Origin: Saprolegnia diclina VS20
Lineage: Eukaryota
Assembly: GCF_000281045.1 (NCBI RefSeq)
Contig: NW_008246069.1
Coordinates: 692,437 to 735,171 of the forward strand
Length of the DNA stretch: 42,735 nt
Direction: 5' to 3'
In this document: positions 32,894 through 42,735 of the stretch, piece after piece
Layout of the letters: each line of letters begins with the position of its first letter
Position numbering within the stretch: the stretch's first letter is position 1
Program-made: the position numbers and the translations under genes
Notes under the pieces: generated by a model
The model's database searches: none
Seen by the model: only the letters and a program-made list of their open reading frames with translations
What the model was told of the DNA's origin: nothing

Positions 32894-35800
32894 ATGACGC
32901 GGTCGGCGGACGATGAGAGCTTGCCACGGCTGGCATTGCCACCACCGACACAGCCGTCCCAGCTGTTTGAGCGCTCGTCCAAGCGGTGGCAAGACCCCGT
33001 CAGTCTCAGCGCGCGGGAGCGGGAGAAACCCAGCCTCGTCATGTTTCGCACGAAACCCAGCGTGTTTTCGCCCGTCGACGCTGCCCACCACGAGATGCTC
33101 GGCCACGTAATCGCTGCTTTTGACACCGACACGGCGCACACGTGTCTCCGGTACCTCGAACGCAGATTACGAGTGCGCAATTTGTCGCCGTAGCCCGGTC
33201 GACAAGCTATACTGGTACTTTGGCGTCCTGCAGCAGCTTGCACAGGCCGACTCACCCGTGCGCGCCGTCTTGCAACACGTACGATCTCCGGCGTGTAATT
33301 GTATCGAGCCGCACATAGATTCGCGATATATTGTGCACTGCGATTTACACGACCGAGACGCCGACGCGGGGCTTTGAGTTTTGCCACTTGCTACGTCAAG
33401 TGAACAACGAGCCGCTCGAGACGGAGCTCGCCAACGTCACTATCGAGCTCAAGCAAGCGGTTGGTGATCTGTCAATCTGACGACTTTGCTCAGATGTGTA
33501 GAAGGCACAGTATATCCACAAGCGGCAGCGTGCTCGCGACCTCCAAGCCGAGATTGGCCGCGCCAAGACGCGCCAGGCTGAGCTCCAGGTTGGTGATCCC
33601 GTGCACACATGTGCTAAGCCTTTATACTGGTGTCTGCAGGATCAATTGGCTAATGAGAAGCGACTCGTGGCGGCCGAAGACAACATTTACGAGCAGCTGC
33701 TGACCGACGAAGCGGCAATTGACGCGAGGATTGCGGCCGCGCGCACTACCTACGACGAGGCCAAGTCCATTTCGGTGGAGATTTCAGCCAAGTCCTCGGT
33801 CGTGCAAGATGAGTGCCAATCGACGCTAAAGTCGTTGCACGAGCAAAAGCTCAAGGACAAACTCGACCAAGCGATGCTTGCGTCCGTGCATAGTCTCAAG
33901 ACAGGTATTTTCGCCGTTCAGTGGCCGATTCAGCACTGGATGCTGGGGTAGAATATGCCCGCTTGCTCGAAACGAGCCATTCGATTGAGTACAAGATGAC
34001 GGAACTCAAGGCCCAGCTCGTTGCGGACCATGCAACAATCGGCAACATCCAAGTTCGTACATACGAGTATTTATCCAAGGGACATAGGTGGCATAGGAAA
34101 GTCTGCGCCTCGCAGAGATCGAGAAAGCGGAGCTCGTCGAAGGCACACTCGACCTCCAGCGAAGCCACTCGCCGCGGCCAAGCTGGGACAGCGTGTTTCA
34201 CTTTCTTCCCGAAGTCGCCTACGTTGACCCAAAGAACCACACGGCGTGGAGCACCAAGGTTGCGTTTGGTGCCGCAGTGCTCGTATCACATAGGCGTAGA
34301 CACTCATTCTCTCCAACAAGAACGGTCTTGTCGGTCGTAGCCAACGCTTTGTGAACGAAATGTGCCATTGGCTGCAACGTATCCAAGGCGACTGCGGCAT
34401 GAGCTTGGAGCTCGCGCGCGTGCGTGCAACACTGTGATTTCACTCCTCCGAATAATGCGCTTGTGAATAGTTGACAAACCAAACAGAAGACGCGCGCCTG
34501 GAGCTCAATTCGCTCCAGAATCACATGGAGTTTCTAATGCGGAAGGAGAAGAAGCAGCGGTCAACGAGCCCCGGGTCACCAGTTTCGAAGAAAAACCTCA
34601 TGAGCCACGCAAAAGCCAACTTTGTTGCTGCTGTTCACAGTGTATCGGCAGTTCGGCGCGCGAGTTTGTCTGACCCAACAATCGACCCGCCAGCTAAAGA
34701 GTACATTCTGGCCCTCGGAAGTACCCCAGAGGTGCCCCAGTTCCTACGGCACACGGGCAAGGTTCGCAATCGGCATATGACCAAAACGGAGCTCGAGGTC
34801 CGCTCCGCATTCCAGTCACTCTTGAAGAACGAGATGCTTCGAGTAGCGCATCATTCGAACCGTCTGGACTGGAAAGCGTGTCAAGGAAGCGCATATGGGC
34901 AATCACATTGCTCTCGTATGTCTTGAATCGTACATACATACTTGGTTTCACGAGGCTTTTGATAGGACGATTACCTCTACGAGGTGCTAAAGACCAAATT
35001 TGGAATCCAAACCATTGTCGCCGAGTGGGGTTACAATATTCTTCACAGTACGTTGGTTTGATCGAAATCGAATAAATACAGGATTTACTCTGCATCAATA
35101 GGTCTAAAGCTCTACTCGTGGGACAGCGAGGTTGATCTCTTTCTTCTCACTCTCACTGGCGCGGTCTCGGAAGCTATCTACGAGGATCAAGAGGCCATGC
35201 TTAGTGCGTGTCGACTTGTGCTCGTTCGTACCGGCTTTGTTGCGTTCATGCGTATCGTGTCGCTCATTGTAGATGCGACTCAACGAGTCCTACTTGGACG
35301 CCACGTGGAAGACCGAGCCGAAGCGACTCTTCCTCGTAAGGCCGATCAATCGCACGTTGTCTCACGTGGGGTATGTAGAAGGATGCGCTCTTGACTTTGC
35401 ACAACTTTTTCCCTCTCAAGACACCGCTGCAGCTCAAGTCAATCGAGAAAGCACTCATCTTTGAGCGATTGCGCCCGAAGGACAAGGTGCACATTGCGCC
35501 TGACGAAGCGATGGTGCTACTCGACGACCTCTTGCCGACCAAGCCCAAGCCCAAGCGTGGGTACTTTCTCAAGACGCTACGGACGCAGCACTTTAAGGAA
35601 ATCCAAGACTACCTCGCGCTCCTTGAACGGTAAGTACACGCGTTGTAGCTTTGCAGCACGTATTCCGTGATAGAAAACTCCACGAAGCCGACACGCACAA
35701 CACGGGGCGGGTGGAGATTGAGCGCATCAAGAGGGTACGTAGCCAAATAGCTTGTCGCATTCATGGAGTCATCGCAGGCCATGCAAGCGCTGGATCCTAG

Positions 35801-36089
35801 CGTTTCGAACGAGTGGACCGGCGAATGCATCTTGCGGGGTATTCCAAAGCGTCTCGTGGGCCACGTCGACTTGTCAAGTGTTGTCGAGTACCGCTGCTTT
35901 CTCAAAGTCAGCGCTATCCAAATGTTCGTACTCTAATGTTGCGTTTAGAAAATGAACCAAGGACTCATGAAGCACAGCCAAAACTTTTGCCCCGACGCTG
36001 ACATTGTGTCGTTTCACTCGGGGCCGCGGCACTGCGCCTTCAATGGCTTGTCCGCCATCTACCCATCGCCGCAAGACTCAATGCTCTAG
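32894..36089 (+). CDS. TSNAXIP1-like coiled-coil protein, multi-exon
   Basis: Coiled-coil N-terminal half. Then YILALGSTPEVPQFLRHTGKVRNRHMTK, FGIQTIVAEWGYNIL and YSWDSEVDLFLLTLTGAVSEAIY, which match motifs I recall from translin-associated factor X-interacting protein 1 homologs. Last exon KMNQGLMKHS...ML* ends at 36089. Confidence 0.6.
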
Positions 36090-36347
36090 TGATTCGATTC
36101 ATTCTTGTTTGATGCAAATTGATTTACTATATTCCGAGTCCGAGCAGGCTACTAGTGTCGAAATCGCTTGGCCCTTTGAACCTCCACTTGGATCTGCACT
36201 TGGATTGCATGTTCCATCAGCTCATCGTACGGCAAATTTCACGCAAGAGCTTCGAACTTCGATTTTGGACCAATCGAAGCGATTCAAGTTTGCCTTCGTA
36301 GCCAGTGCGTCATCGTCATGCAACACGACGGGGGCGGCAACGCTGCG

Positions 36348-37658
36348 ATGCGGACGCTCCTCACGGCCAGCAGCTTGCCGCAGGCCAATGGCATGTTCCC
36401 GAACCCAAATGCCAACTACGGACAGCGCCAAGTGGCACCGCCAGTTGAGCCAGTGCCCCGAGCGTGGCCGCTCGCCGTGCACAGCGACTCCGACATCGAG
36501 CAGCTGGACGCCGACGGCATGTACATCGTGTGCCGCATCTGCTCAGAGCTCGATAAGGCGCGCAATGGATCCCGCATCGTTCGTATGAATGCTCCATTTC
36601 GCGTCGCCGCGTGGGAGCGTCACAAGGCCCGCAACTCGGCACACAAGCAGTCGGTAAGCGCGACGGAGCCCACTCCGTATGCCGACCTTATGGCGTCGTA
36701 CCCCGATATCGTGCCGCAAGGCGTCGCCCCAAAGCCGCGAAACATCGCGCCGAACGCTGCACCACGACCGCAGTCACAAGCTCAGCATTCGGCGTACAGC
36801 AACAATGGACACCATCAAGCACAATTGCAACCGCAGCCCGTGCTCAACATGCAGGCCGCCAATTACATACCTCAGGGCTACGCTCCGCAAATGCCGCAGC
36901 AGATGCATCAGCTGCAGCCCCATCAAGCGATGCCGCCACCACCGCATGTCCAGCAGCCAAGCGCCGACGCAACGACGCGCATGCACCCCATCGTGCCCAT
37001 CAAGCGGCCGCTACCGCCACAGTCCGAGCCGTCCTCGCGCAAGAAGAAGAAGGAAAAGCCAATCGCGGGGTGCATGGGGCGCGAAATGGTTGGGTCCTGT
37101 CCCGGCGCGATTCCGTTCGAGAAGTGTCAGACCGTTCAGGCGCACTTGAAGGCGTTCCAGCGCTTTATCATTCCCGCGCCAACATTTGGCATCTACTACA
37201 ACGAAGAAACACAATGGTATCTACGATGTTGAGATCGAACCAAAGATGAATGAGATGCTAGGTATCAAGTATACTCGCGCGCGTGCGCCCGAGAACCGAT
37301 GCTGAACCGGCGCCCAAGCCGTGGCCAAGCGTGCGAAGCCTGCTATCAGCTCTACTCGGACCGCCAGCGACTCATGTGGAAACGCATTACGAACATGGAA
37401 GGCTTGCTCGGCGCGATTGAGACCATCAAAGCGACAAGGTACGTGCTCTGGGTCTCGCGGTGCTCTTACAATATATGTAGTCACGCAGAAATGGATACCA
37501 GTGTACTCGTGCGTTTCCTCCAAGGTAAGGCGTGCCTGTACACGGCCGAGGGCCTCCAAGTCCGTCAGACGTCCAAGAAAGCGCTCGAATACCTCACGGA
37601 GCGACGACGACTCCTCGAAGACCTCGAGTTTCGAACGTCGGGCACCCAGCTTATTTGA
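36348..37658 (+). CDS. Hypothetical putative zinc-binding nuclear protein, 2-3 exons
   Basis: IVCRIC...WERHKARNSAH motif, Q/P-rich middle, RKKKKEK and a C-terminal CEAC region. An intron at about 37217-37261 joins ORFs 36318-37232 and 37299-37658. Confidence 0.7.
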
Positions 37659-38048
37659 GCTCATTCAAAGTAGTATTGAATCCATTTAGAGATGTGGGCC
37701 ATGTTCTTGATGTCACCGAGGCTGTAGCCATGTACGTTTTTGGGCCGGAGACGCTTCGCCTCATGGGCGTCGTCCGTATTGAGCATCGTTGTCGCATTGT
37801 TCCCTGGAGAGAAAAGTGATGTGCTTGGCACGTCAAGCATTGCCGTCTCAATGCTGCGCTTGATGGCCATGGTTGTTGCAATGCAGTTATGATAGACACG
37901 TCAGCAGCGACGGTGTGAGGGCGTTGGGGCCGTTCACCGTCATCAACGCTCACGTATGGAGTGCCGCTATTGATAGATCGTCATGACCACGCACTTCAAT
38001 TTTGTGTTGCGTGTTCTTGGCACAAGGTCGCCATCTTGATCGTATCGT

Positions 38049-38063
38049 TCAGTCGCAAGTTTT
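38049..38063 (+). promoter_or_regulatory. INR+FPR-like core promoter element
   Basis: TCAGTCGCAAGTTTT lies just upstream of ATG 38075. Confidence 0.35.
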
Positions 38064-38074
38064 GCACTCGGGCA

Positions 38075-39093
38075 ATGACGACGCGAGGATGGGTATGTCA
38101 TCTCTGTACGAAGATGAACCCTGCCACACATGACGGCCCCTGTCTGTGTTGTGGGCGGCCTCGGCGCCATGCGGTCAAGAGCCTCGCCAAGAAGGTAACG
38201 ACGAAAGCGCTCCTGCTACACGCAGACCTCTCCAAGCATACGCGGCCCGAGCAAGTTGCCGACATGGTCGAGCACGGCTTTGAAGTGAATGAGCTCAGTT
38301 CGGTGCGTCCGGCCATGATGAAAGACTACAAACGCTCACGTAGGAAGGCTACACGGTGTTGCACTGCGCTGCACGGCATGGTCAAGCCGGTATCGTTCGT
38401 GAGCTGTTGCGCTTTGGCGCAGACACTGAGATTGAGGCGGCGGTACTGACAAGTTGCTCTTTTGGCATCGACTTGAAGCGTACTGCAGGGAGGTCGGCGC
38501 GCTATGCACTATGCAGTCGAGTCGGGGTCTTTGGAAACTGTGCAAGAGCTTGCAAGCTGCGACGCACTGCCCTCGCCAACGACTAATGTAGGGCAATATA
38601 GGTACACCAAAGAGGACGCAAAAATAATCTCTAGGGCGACGCGCTCACGCCCCTGCATATCGCAGGCCAAATGGGGTATCACAAGATTGCCGACATACTT
38701 CTTCAAGCTGGTGCGCAGCTTGGCGCCGTTACCAAACACGTAGACGAATGGGTTGTCTGGTCATTCCGCTGGCTCAATTCGACAACGTAGATGCGTCAGA
38801 CGGCTTTGCACCTGGCTGGTACGTCGTCCGTACAGCGACTAGAGTGAAAATGCGTGTGCATCGTAGCGGAAGCAGGCCACATCGAGTGTGTCCGAGTTTT
38901 CATGCGCTACGATCTTCTATGCGACGTCGTGGGCGCGGTGGATGCGAGCGGGGCCACAGCCACACAGGCCGCGCAGTTCGCACAACACACGGCTGTGGTC
39001 GAGCTTTTGCAGCTCCAATCGGGGTCCGGCGCCAAAGACCGACTGCTTGATAGGCTTCTTGCGATGGGGGCAGGGTGCCCGAGTGTCAGATAG
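38075..39093 (+). CDS. RanBP2/NZF-type zinc finger plus ankyrin repeat protein, multi-exon
   Basis: WVCHLCTKMN...CLCCGRPR, then GYTVLHCAARHGQAGIVRELLRFGAD, AMHYAVESG, TPLHIAGQMG and TALHLAAEAGHIECVRV after splicing. Confidence 0.8.
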
Positions 39094-39169
39094 CAAGTTC
39101 ATTTACCGGTATACATGTTAGTTCAAACAACGCTGCGTTCAACCGTGTGAATATTTTTATTCAGTAGGC

Positions 39170-39989
39170 TTAGTTAGTCGCGGCAACGACATAATCAAAG
39201 CCAAACTCGAACGACCCGTCACGGGTCGCATCGTCAGCTTGCTGGTCAAGCTTGTCGAGGTACTTGCCCATGGACTTGGCCAACATGGCGTCTTGAACAA
39301 GTGGGAGCTTCGTGCGGCCAACTTGCACCTAGAATGATGCACGTCGTCACGTGCTTGCATATGTCCTGGCTTTTCATTACCTGTCGCTTGATGGTCGTTG
39401 CTGTGTACACGTTCGCAAACTGCGCCTTTGACTCGACAGAGAGACCCGAGCGTTCCAGCTGGCGCAGGACCCAATCCAGGGGAAATTCGCGGTATGTGCG
39501 GTGGCCGGCTAAGAGGATGCATGCATCGCGCGTCCGCGCCATCTCCAAAACGAGCTTGTCTTGGGTCGAGAGCGCACGTCCGCTTGGAACACTCATTGTT
39601 ATGGGCTGCAGACCCGCAACATACAGCCGGCCGCCAGGCGCCAGTAGCGGCATGAGACGAGGAAAGATCTCGTCTTGGTAGTAAGGCGCGTGACCCTCGA
39701 TCGCGCCCACAAGGTAGTCGGCAACAATCACGTCAAAGACTTGGTCCTTCAGAAAGGTAGGGTCGTTCCAGTTGCCAGCGAGAACTTCAATGTGCGGCTG
39801 CGGGAATTTCTCGCGGAGGCCCACAGCGCGCGTCGTGTCGCCCGTGACGGCGACAATACTGTCGATGGGCAGCGTCTTGAGCCAGTTGAGCGAGTGGTCG
39901 CCCGTGCCGGCGTCGAGGACGCGGCCCCATGCGCCGGCTTTGGCTGCGTGGAGCTCGATGTGGCGGAAGAGGCGATCCGTCGTGACCAT
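39170..39989 (-). CDS. Class I SAM-dependent methyltransferase, 2 exons
   Basis: RVLDAGTG (motif I), FDVIVADYLVGA and LAPGGRLYVAGL. One GTAATG...CTAG intron precedes the last exon ...FEFGFDYVVAATN*. ATG at 39989. Confidence 0.85.
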
Positions 39990-40566
39990 GGCTGCACTGC
40001 TGCCAATCGAGCAAACGTCCAAGCTCGCGACAAGCCCAACAGCTGCCGATGCGAGGAAGCACGCCAGCATCGATCGACTGTCGGGGCCATACAAAAGCCG
40101 AGTCAAGCGAGGATACTCGTCTAATTCGGCGCGATGGAGTCGTGTGCCGAAAATAAGCACTTGGTCTGCGATGCCCAAATCCAACCGAAGAGCCGGCATC
40201 GCGAGGGCTAGCATCGACGAGCCTACAGCACTAAGAACCTCGTGCAGTAAGGCATCGAGGGCAGAAGTCGTGCAATGGTTGATGTCACAGGTTTTGCATT
40301 TGCCTGCACGTGCGTGCCAAGCACCCAACCAACTTGGATCAACGCAAGGTCGACACTGGTAACAACACAAACAACGTGGTACGAACCAAGCGCCAAGCTG
40401 CGTCCAGAGCTCGTTTGTGCTACTCGAGCGCCTTGGGGCATTTGTCTTTGCTCACACTGCAAGCTCGCACCTCAAAACCCTCGGAAAAGACGCGCTTCGT
40501 GGCAAAAGCGCGCGCTATTCTTGGGTGTCGTTCAAGAAAGGGGCGGTCCCACACACCTGGACGGTT

Positions 40567-40659
40567 CCAATCAAACGCCGACATTTTGTTTCGTGAACGG
40601 TGCCTCCGCCAATCCAGAAGCGAGATCGCCTTAAATTGGTGGATATCACTTGCAATTGG
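40567..40659. promoter_or_regulatory. Cluster of four CCAAT boxes in a divergent promoter
   Basis: CCAAT at 40567 and 40609; ATTGG at 40635 and 40655. Confidence 0.4.
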
Positions 40660-41076
40660 CTAAAATTCCGACGACTATTTTGGAGCTACTTTTGCAGAAC
40701 TTTCCCGTAATTTGATGAAACGGCCTGCATTTCGACGCGAAGATGATTCTCTGCCCCGAGAACCTCTCGCCTGTCTTGCCGTTGCAACATGCCAACACCG
40801 CCTGCGTGTCACCAAGCATCACCGACTCCCTTCAACACACGAGACGTACAGCAAGAGACTGCCAAGCGGTTAGGTACTAGAATGCGCTGAATCAAAATGG
40901 CGACGACGTTGAACCGCGCGTCCCAAAATACCCCAAACCCTCCAAATCTAATGCCATCCCGGCATATCCGGATGACTCCGACAGGATTTCACAGCTTGAC
41001 CTCTATTTGTGTATGGGGTCGAAAAAAGAACGGGAATCCGGATACGGAGGGCCTGGCGTGTGTGGCTCGTCGGACA

Positions 41077-41090
41077 TCACTTTGCAAGTT
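41077..41090 (+). promoter_or_regulatory. INR+FPR-like core promoter element
   Basis: TCACTTTGCAAGTT ends 20 nt upstream of ATG 41111. Confidence 0.5.
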
Positions 41091-41110
41091 GCCGAGAAGG
41101 AAGAAGCATC

Positions 41111-41617
41111 ATGGATCAGCTGCTGCACTACAAGGAGAAGATCACCAAGCGCCTTGACCGCTACGAGAAGCTCAACGAGCTCGAGGCTCAGATCGGCGTC
41201 GAGAAGTTCTACATCTTCCTTGTGGGCGCCCTCGTTGCCGGTGTTCTCCTCTTCGTCATCGGCGGCGCCAGCCTCATCTCGAACCTCGTCGGCTTCATCT
41301 ACCCCGCGTACATGTCGTTCAAGGCGCTCAACACGGACAACTCGAACGATGACACGCAGTGGCTCACCTACTGGGTCGTGTACTCGGCCTTTAACCTCAC
41401 GGAGCAGTTTACGGACATCTTCCTCTCGTGGATTCCGTTCTACTTCTTCCTCAAGATCGCCTTCCTTGTCTACTGCTACCACCCGTCGACGCTCGGCGCC
41501 AACACGATCTACCAGTCGCTCATCAAGCCCAACTTGATGCCCCAGGTCGAGAAGATCGACGCCGCCTTGAAGAAGGCCACGGACGCCGCCAAGGAAGCCT
41601 CGGGCAAGATCCAGTAA
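41111..41617 (+). CDS. YOP1: TB2/DP1/HVA22 family ER-shaping protein (YOP1/REEP5-like), 168 aa
   Basis: SNLVGFIYPAYMSFKAL, DDTQWLTYWVVY, WIPFYFFLKIAFLVYC and GANTIY. Confidence 0.93.
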   Translation: MDQLLHYKEKITKRLDRYEKLNELEAQIGVEKFYIFLVGALVAGVLLFVIGGASLISNLVGFIYPAYMSFKALNTDNSNDDTQWLTYWVVYSAFNLTEQFTDIFLSWIPFYFFLKIAFLVYCYHPSTLGANTIYQSLIKPNLMPQVEKIDAALKKATDAAKEASGKIQ

Positions 41618-41846
41618 GAGGTTCGCGCCAGTGTTATCTCGTATCAGCGCTAATGTGCTTCCGGGGCCCTATTTCAACTAAAAAACCATTACGTTTGCTT
41701 GACGCGTGTCTCCTCAGTTGATGGACAAACAATGTGCGCGGTGAAGCAATCTCCTCGTTCTCGATGCTTGTTGTTGTGATGTAGAGACTACCTACGTATC
41801 ACCTTGGCACGCGGGATGGTGCGTGGGACCGACGCGAAGTCATCTC

Positions 41847-42644
41847 CTACTCTTCCTTGTACTCGTCGCCCATTGCCTCTTCGATCATCCCCTTGAGCTC
41901 CAATCTACGTGAAAAGTCAATGGAGAGAGAGGTCGAGCTTGGCAACGAGGTACCGGATCTCCGTCACGTCGTCGCCCTGAAGTGTGTCCTTGGTGAATTT
42001 GGCTTCCACGCGCATTTGGACCTGTGTGTGCATAAAGTGAAGCATCCAAGGTCAAAGTGCGAGCGTACCATCTCGAGGGCACCGCGCAGGACGCCGCACA
42101 GGATATTGGAGTACGCGAGGACACCGTGTGCCTGGGGCGGGAGCTCAACGAACTCTATACTTCAATATAAATCGCAGTTGAGATGACGCATCGACGTACC
42201 AGAGAACGGATTCTCGTACAGCACGAGCGAGCAGACATTGGGCATGTCTGTGGGTGCGACGTCGACGTTGATGCCCAAAAACATCTTGAACGCGACTTTG
42301 GCAATGACGTCAGCGGTCTCCTTGAAGTCCGCACACGCCGCGACACCCGACTTTGCAAGGAATTCGTCAATGAGACGGATGCCAATGTTGTAGCCCATCT
42401 TCTCAAGCTGCGAATTCACTTCCTTCAAGTCCTCGAAGTCCTTGATGAGCTGCAAGACGGAGACGATCAGCTTATCACATGCGCACAAGGTCACATGCCT
42501 GGGTTACGACAGCGCCATACGTCAGCGCGAAGAACTCCGCATTCTACATAGACAAGAACGTCGCCCCCCCCAAACGACAGCATTCTCCCATACCACTTTA
42601 GGCATCTTGGCCCACGCAGCCTCGCCGGCTCGCACACGAGACAT
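41847..42644 (-). CDS. BET3: TRAPP complex subunit 3 (Bet3), 6 exons
   Basis: Spliced product: KVNAEFFALTYGAVVTQLIKD, LEKMGYNIGIRLIDEFLAKS, CADFKETADVIAKVAFKMFLG, EFVELP, YSNILCGVLRGALEMVQMRV and GDDVTEIRLEL. Confidence 0.95.
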
Positions 42645-42735
42645 GGGCAATCGATTTCTGCAGGCAGTGTTATCCGTACATTCCATGCATGCTATCCGGA
42701 TCCGGACGCATCATACAATGGACCCAATAAAAATA

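Noticed and set aside
39076..39093. C-terminal CPSVR as a CaaX prenylation signal
   Set aside because: Cys is fifth from the end, not fourth.
39990..40370. 127-aa N-terminal extension of the methyltransferase ORF
   Set aside because: Begins at a non-ATG codon and the recognisable domain starts at MVTTDRLF (39989). Upstream in-frame ATGs cannot be fully excluded.

Overview
Gene-dense, GC-rich eukaryotic DNA with many short (about 40-55 nt) spliceosomal introns. Intron size, codon bias, INR/FPR-like promoter elements and gene content point to an oomycete, probably Saprolegniales-like (inference). About 23 protein-coding genes can be built by hand. Recognisable ones are an Amt ammonium transporter, a sphingomyelin/IPC-synthase-family enzyme, a plant-type LRR protein, a ~1,640-aa helical-repeat plus ankyrin protein, a 4xLysM protein, an LRRCC1/VFL1-like centriolar protein, EFTUD2/Snu114, a 7x CxxxGC..HGG zinc-finger protein, a CTP-dependent lipid-kinase-like membrane protein, a CAMK-like kinase, a TSNAXIP1-like protein, a RanBP2-ZnF plus ankyrin protein, a class I SAM methyltransferase, YOP1/REEP and BET3/TRAPPC3. 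The most unusual signal is a tandem triad of diverged, intronless 100-113 aa genes (6452-9440). They share only short motifs: M[LI]xGFYA, DSxxS, EY[KS]Px[FY]xF and a terminal GI[FL][TV]. A 70-nt inverted repeat with TATAAAA in its loop lies upstream of the triad. Also notable are a near one-LRR-per-exon phase-1 gene structure and two probable 49-nt GC-AG introns. I saw no rRNA, tRNA, CRISPR array or transposase. All family assignments come from motif recognition, not database searches.
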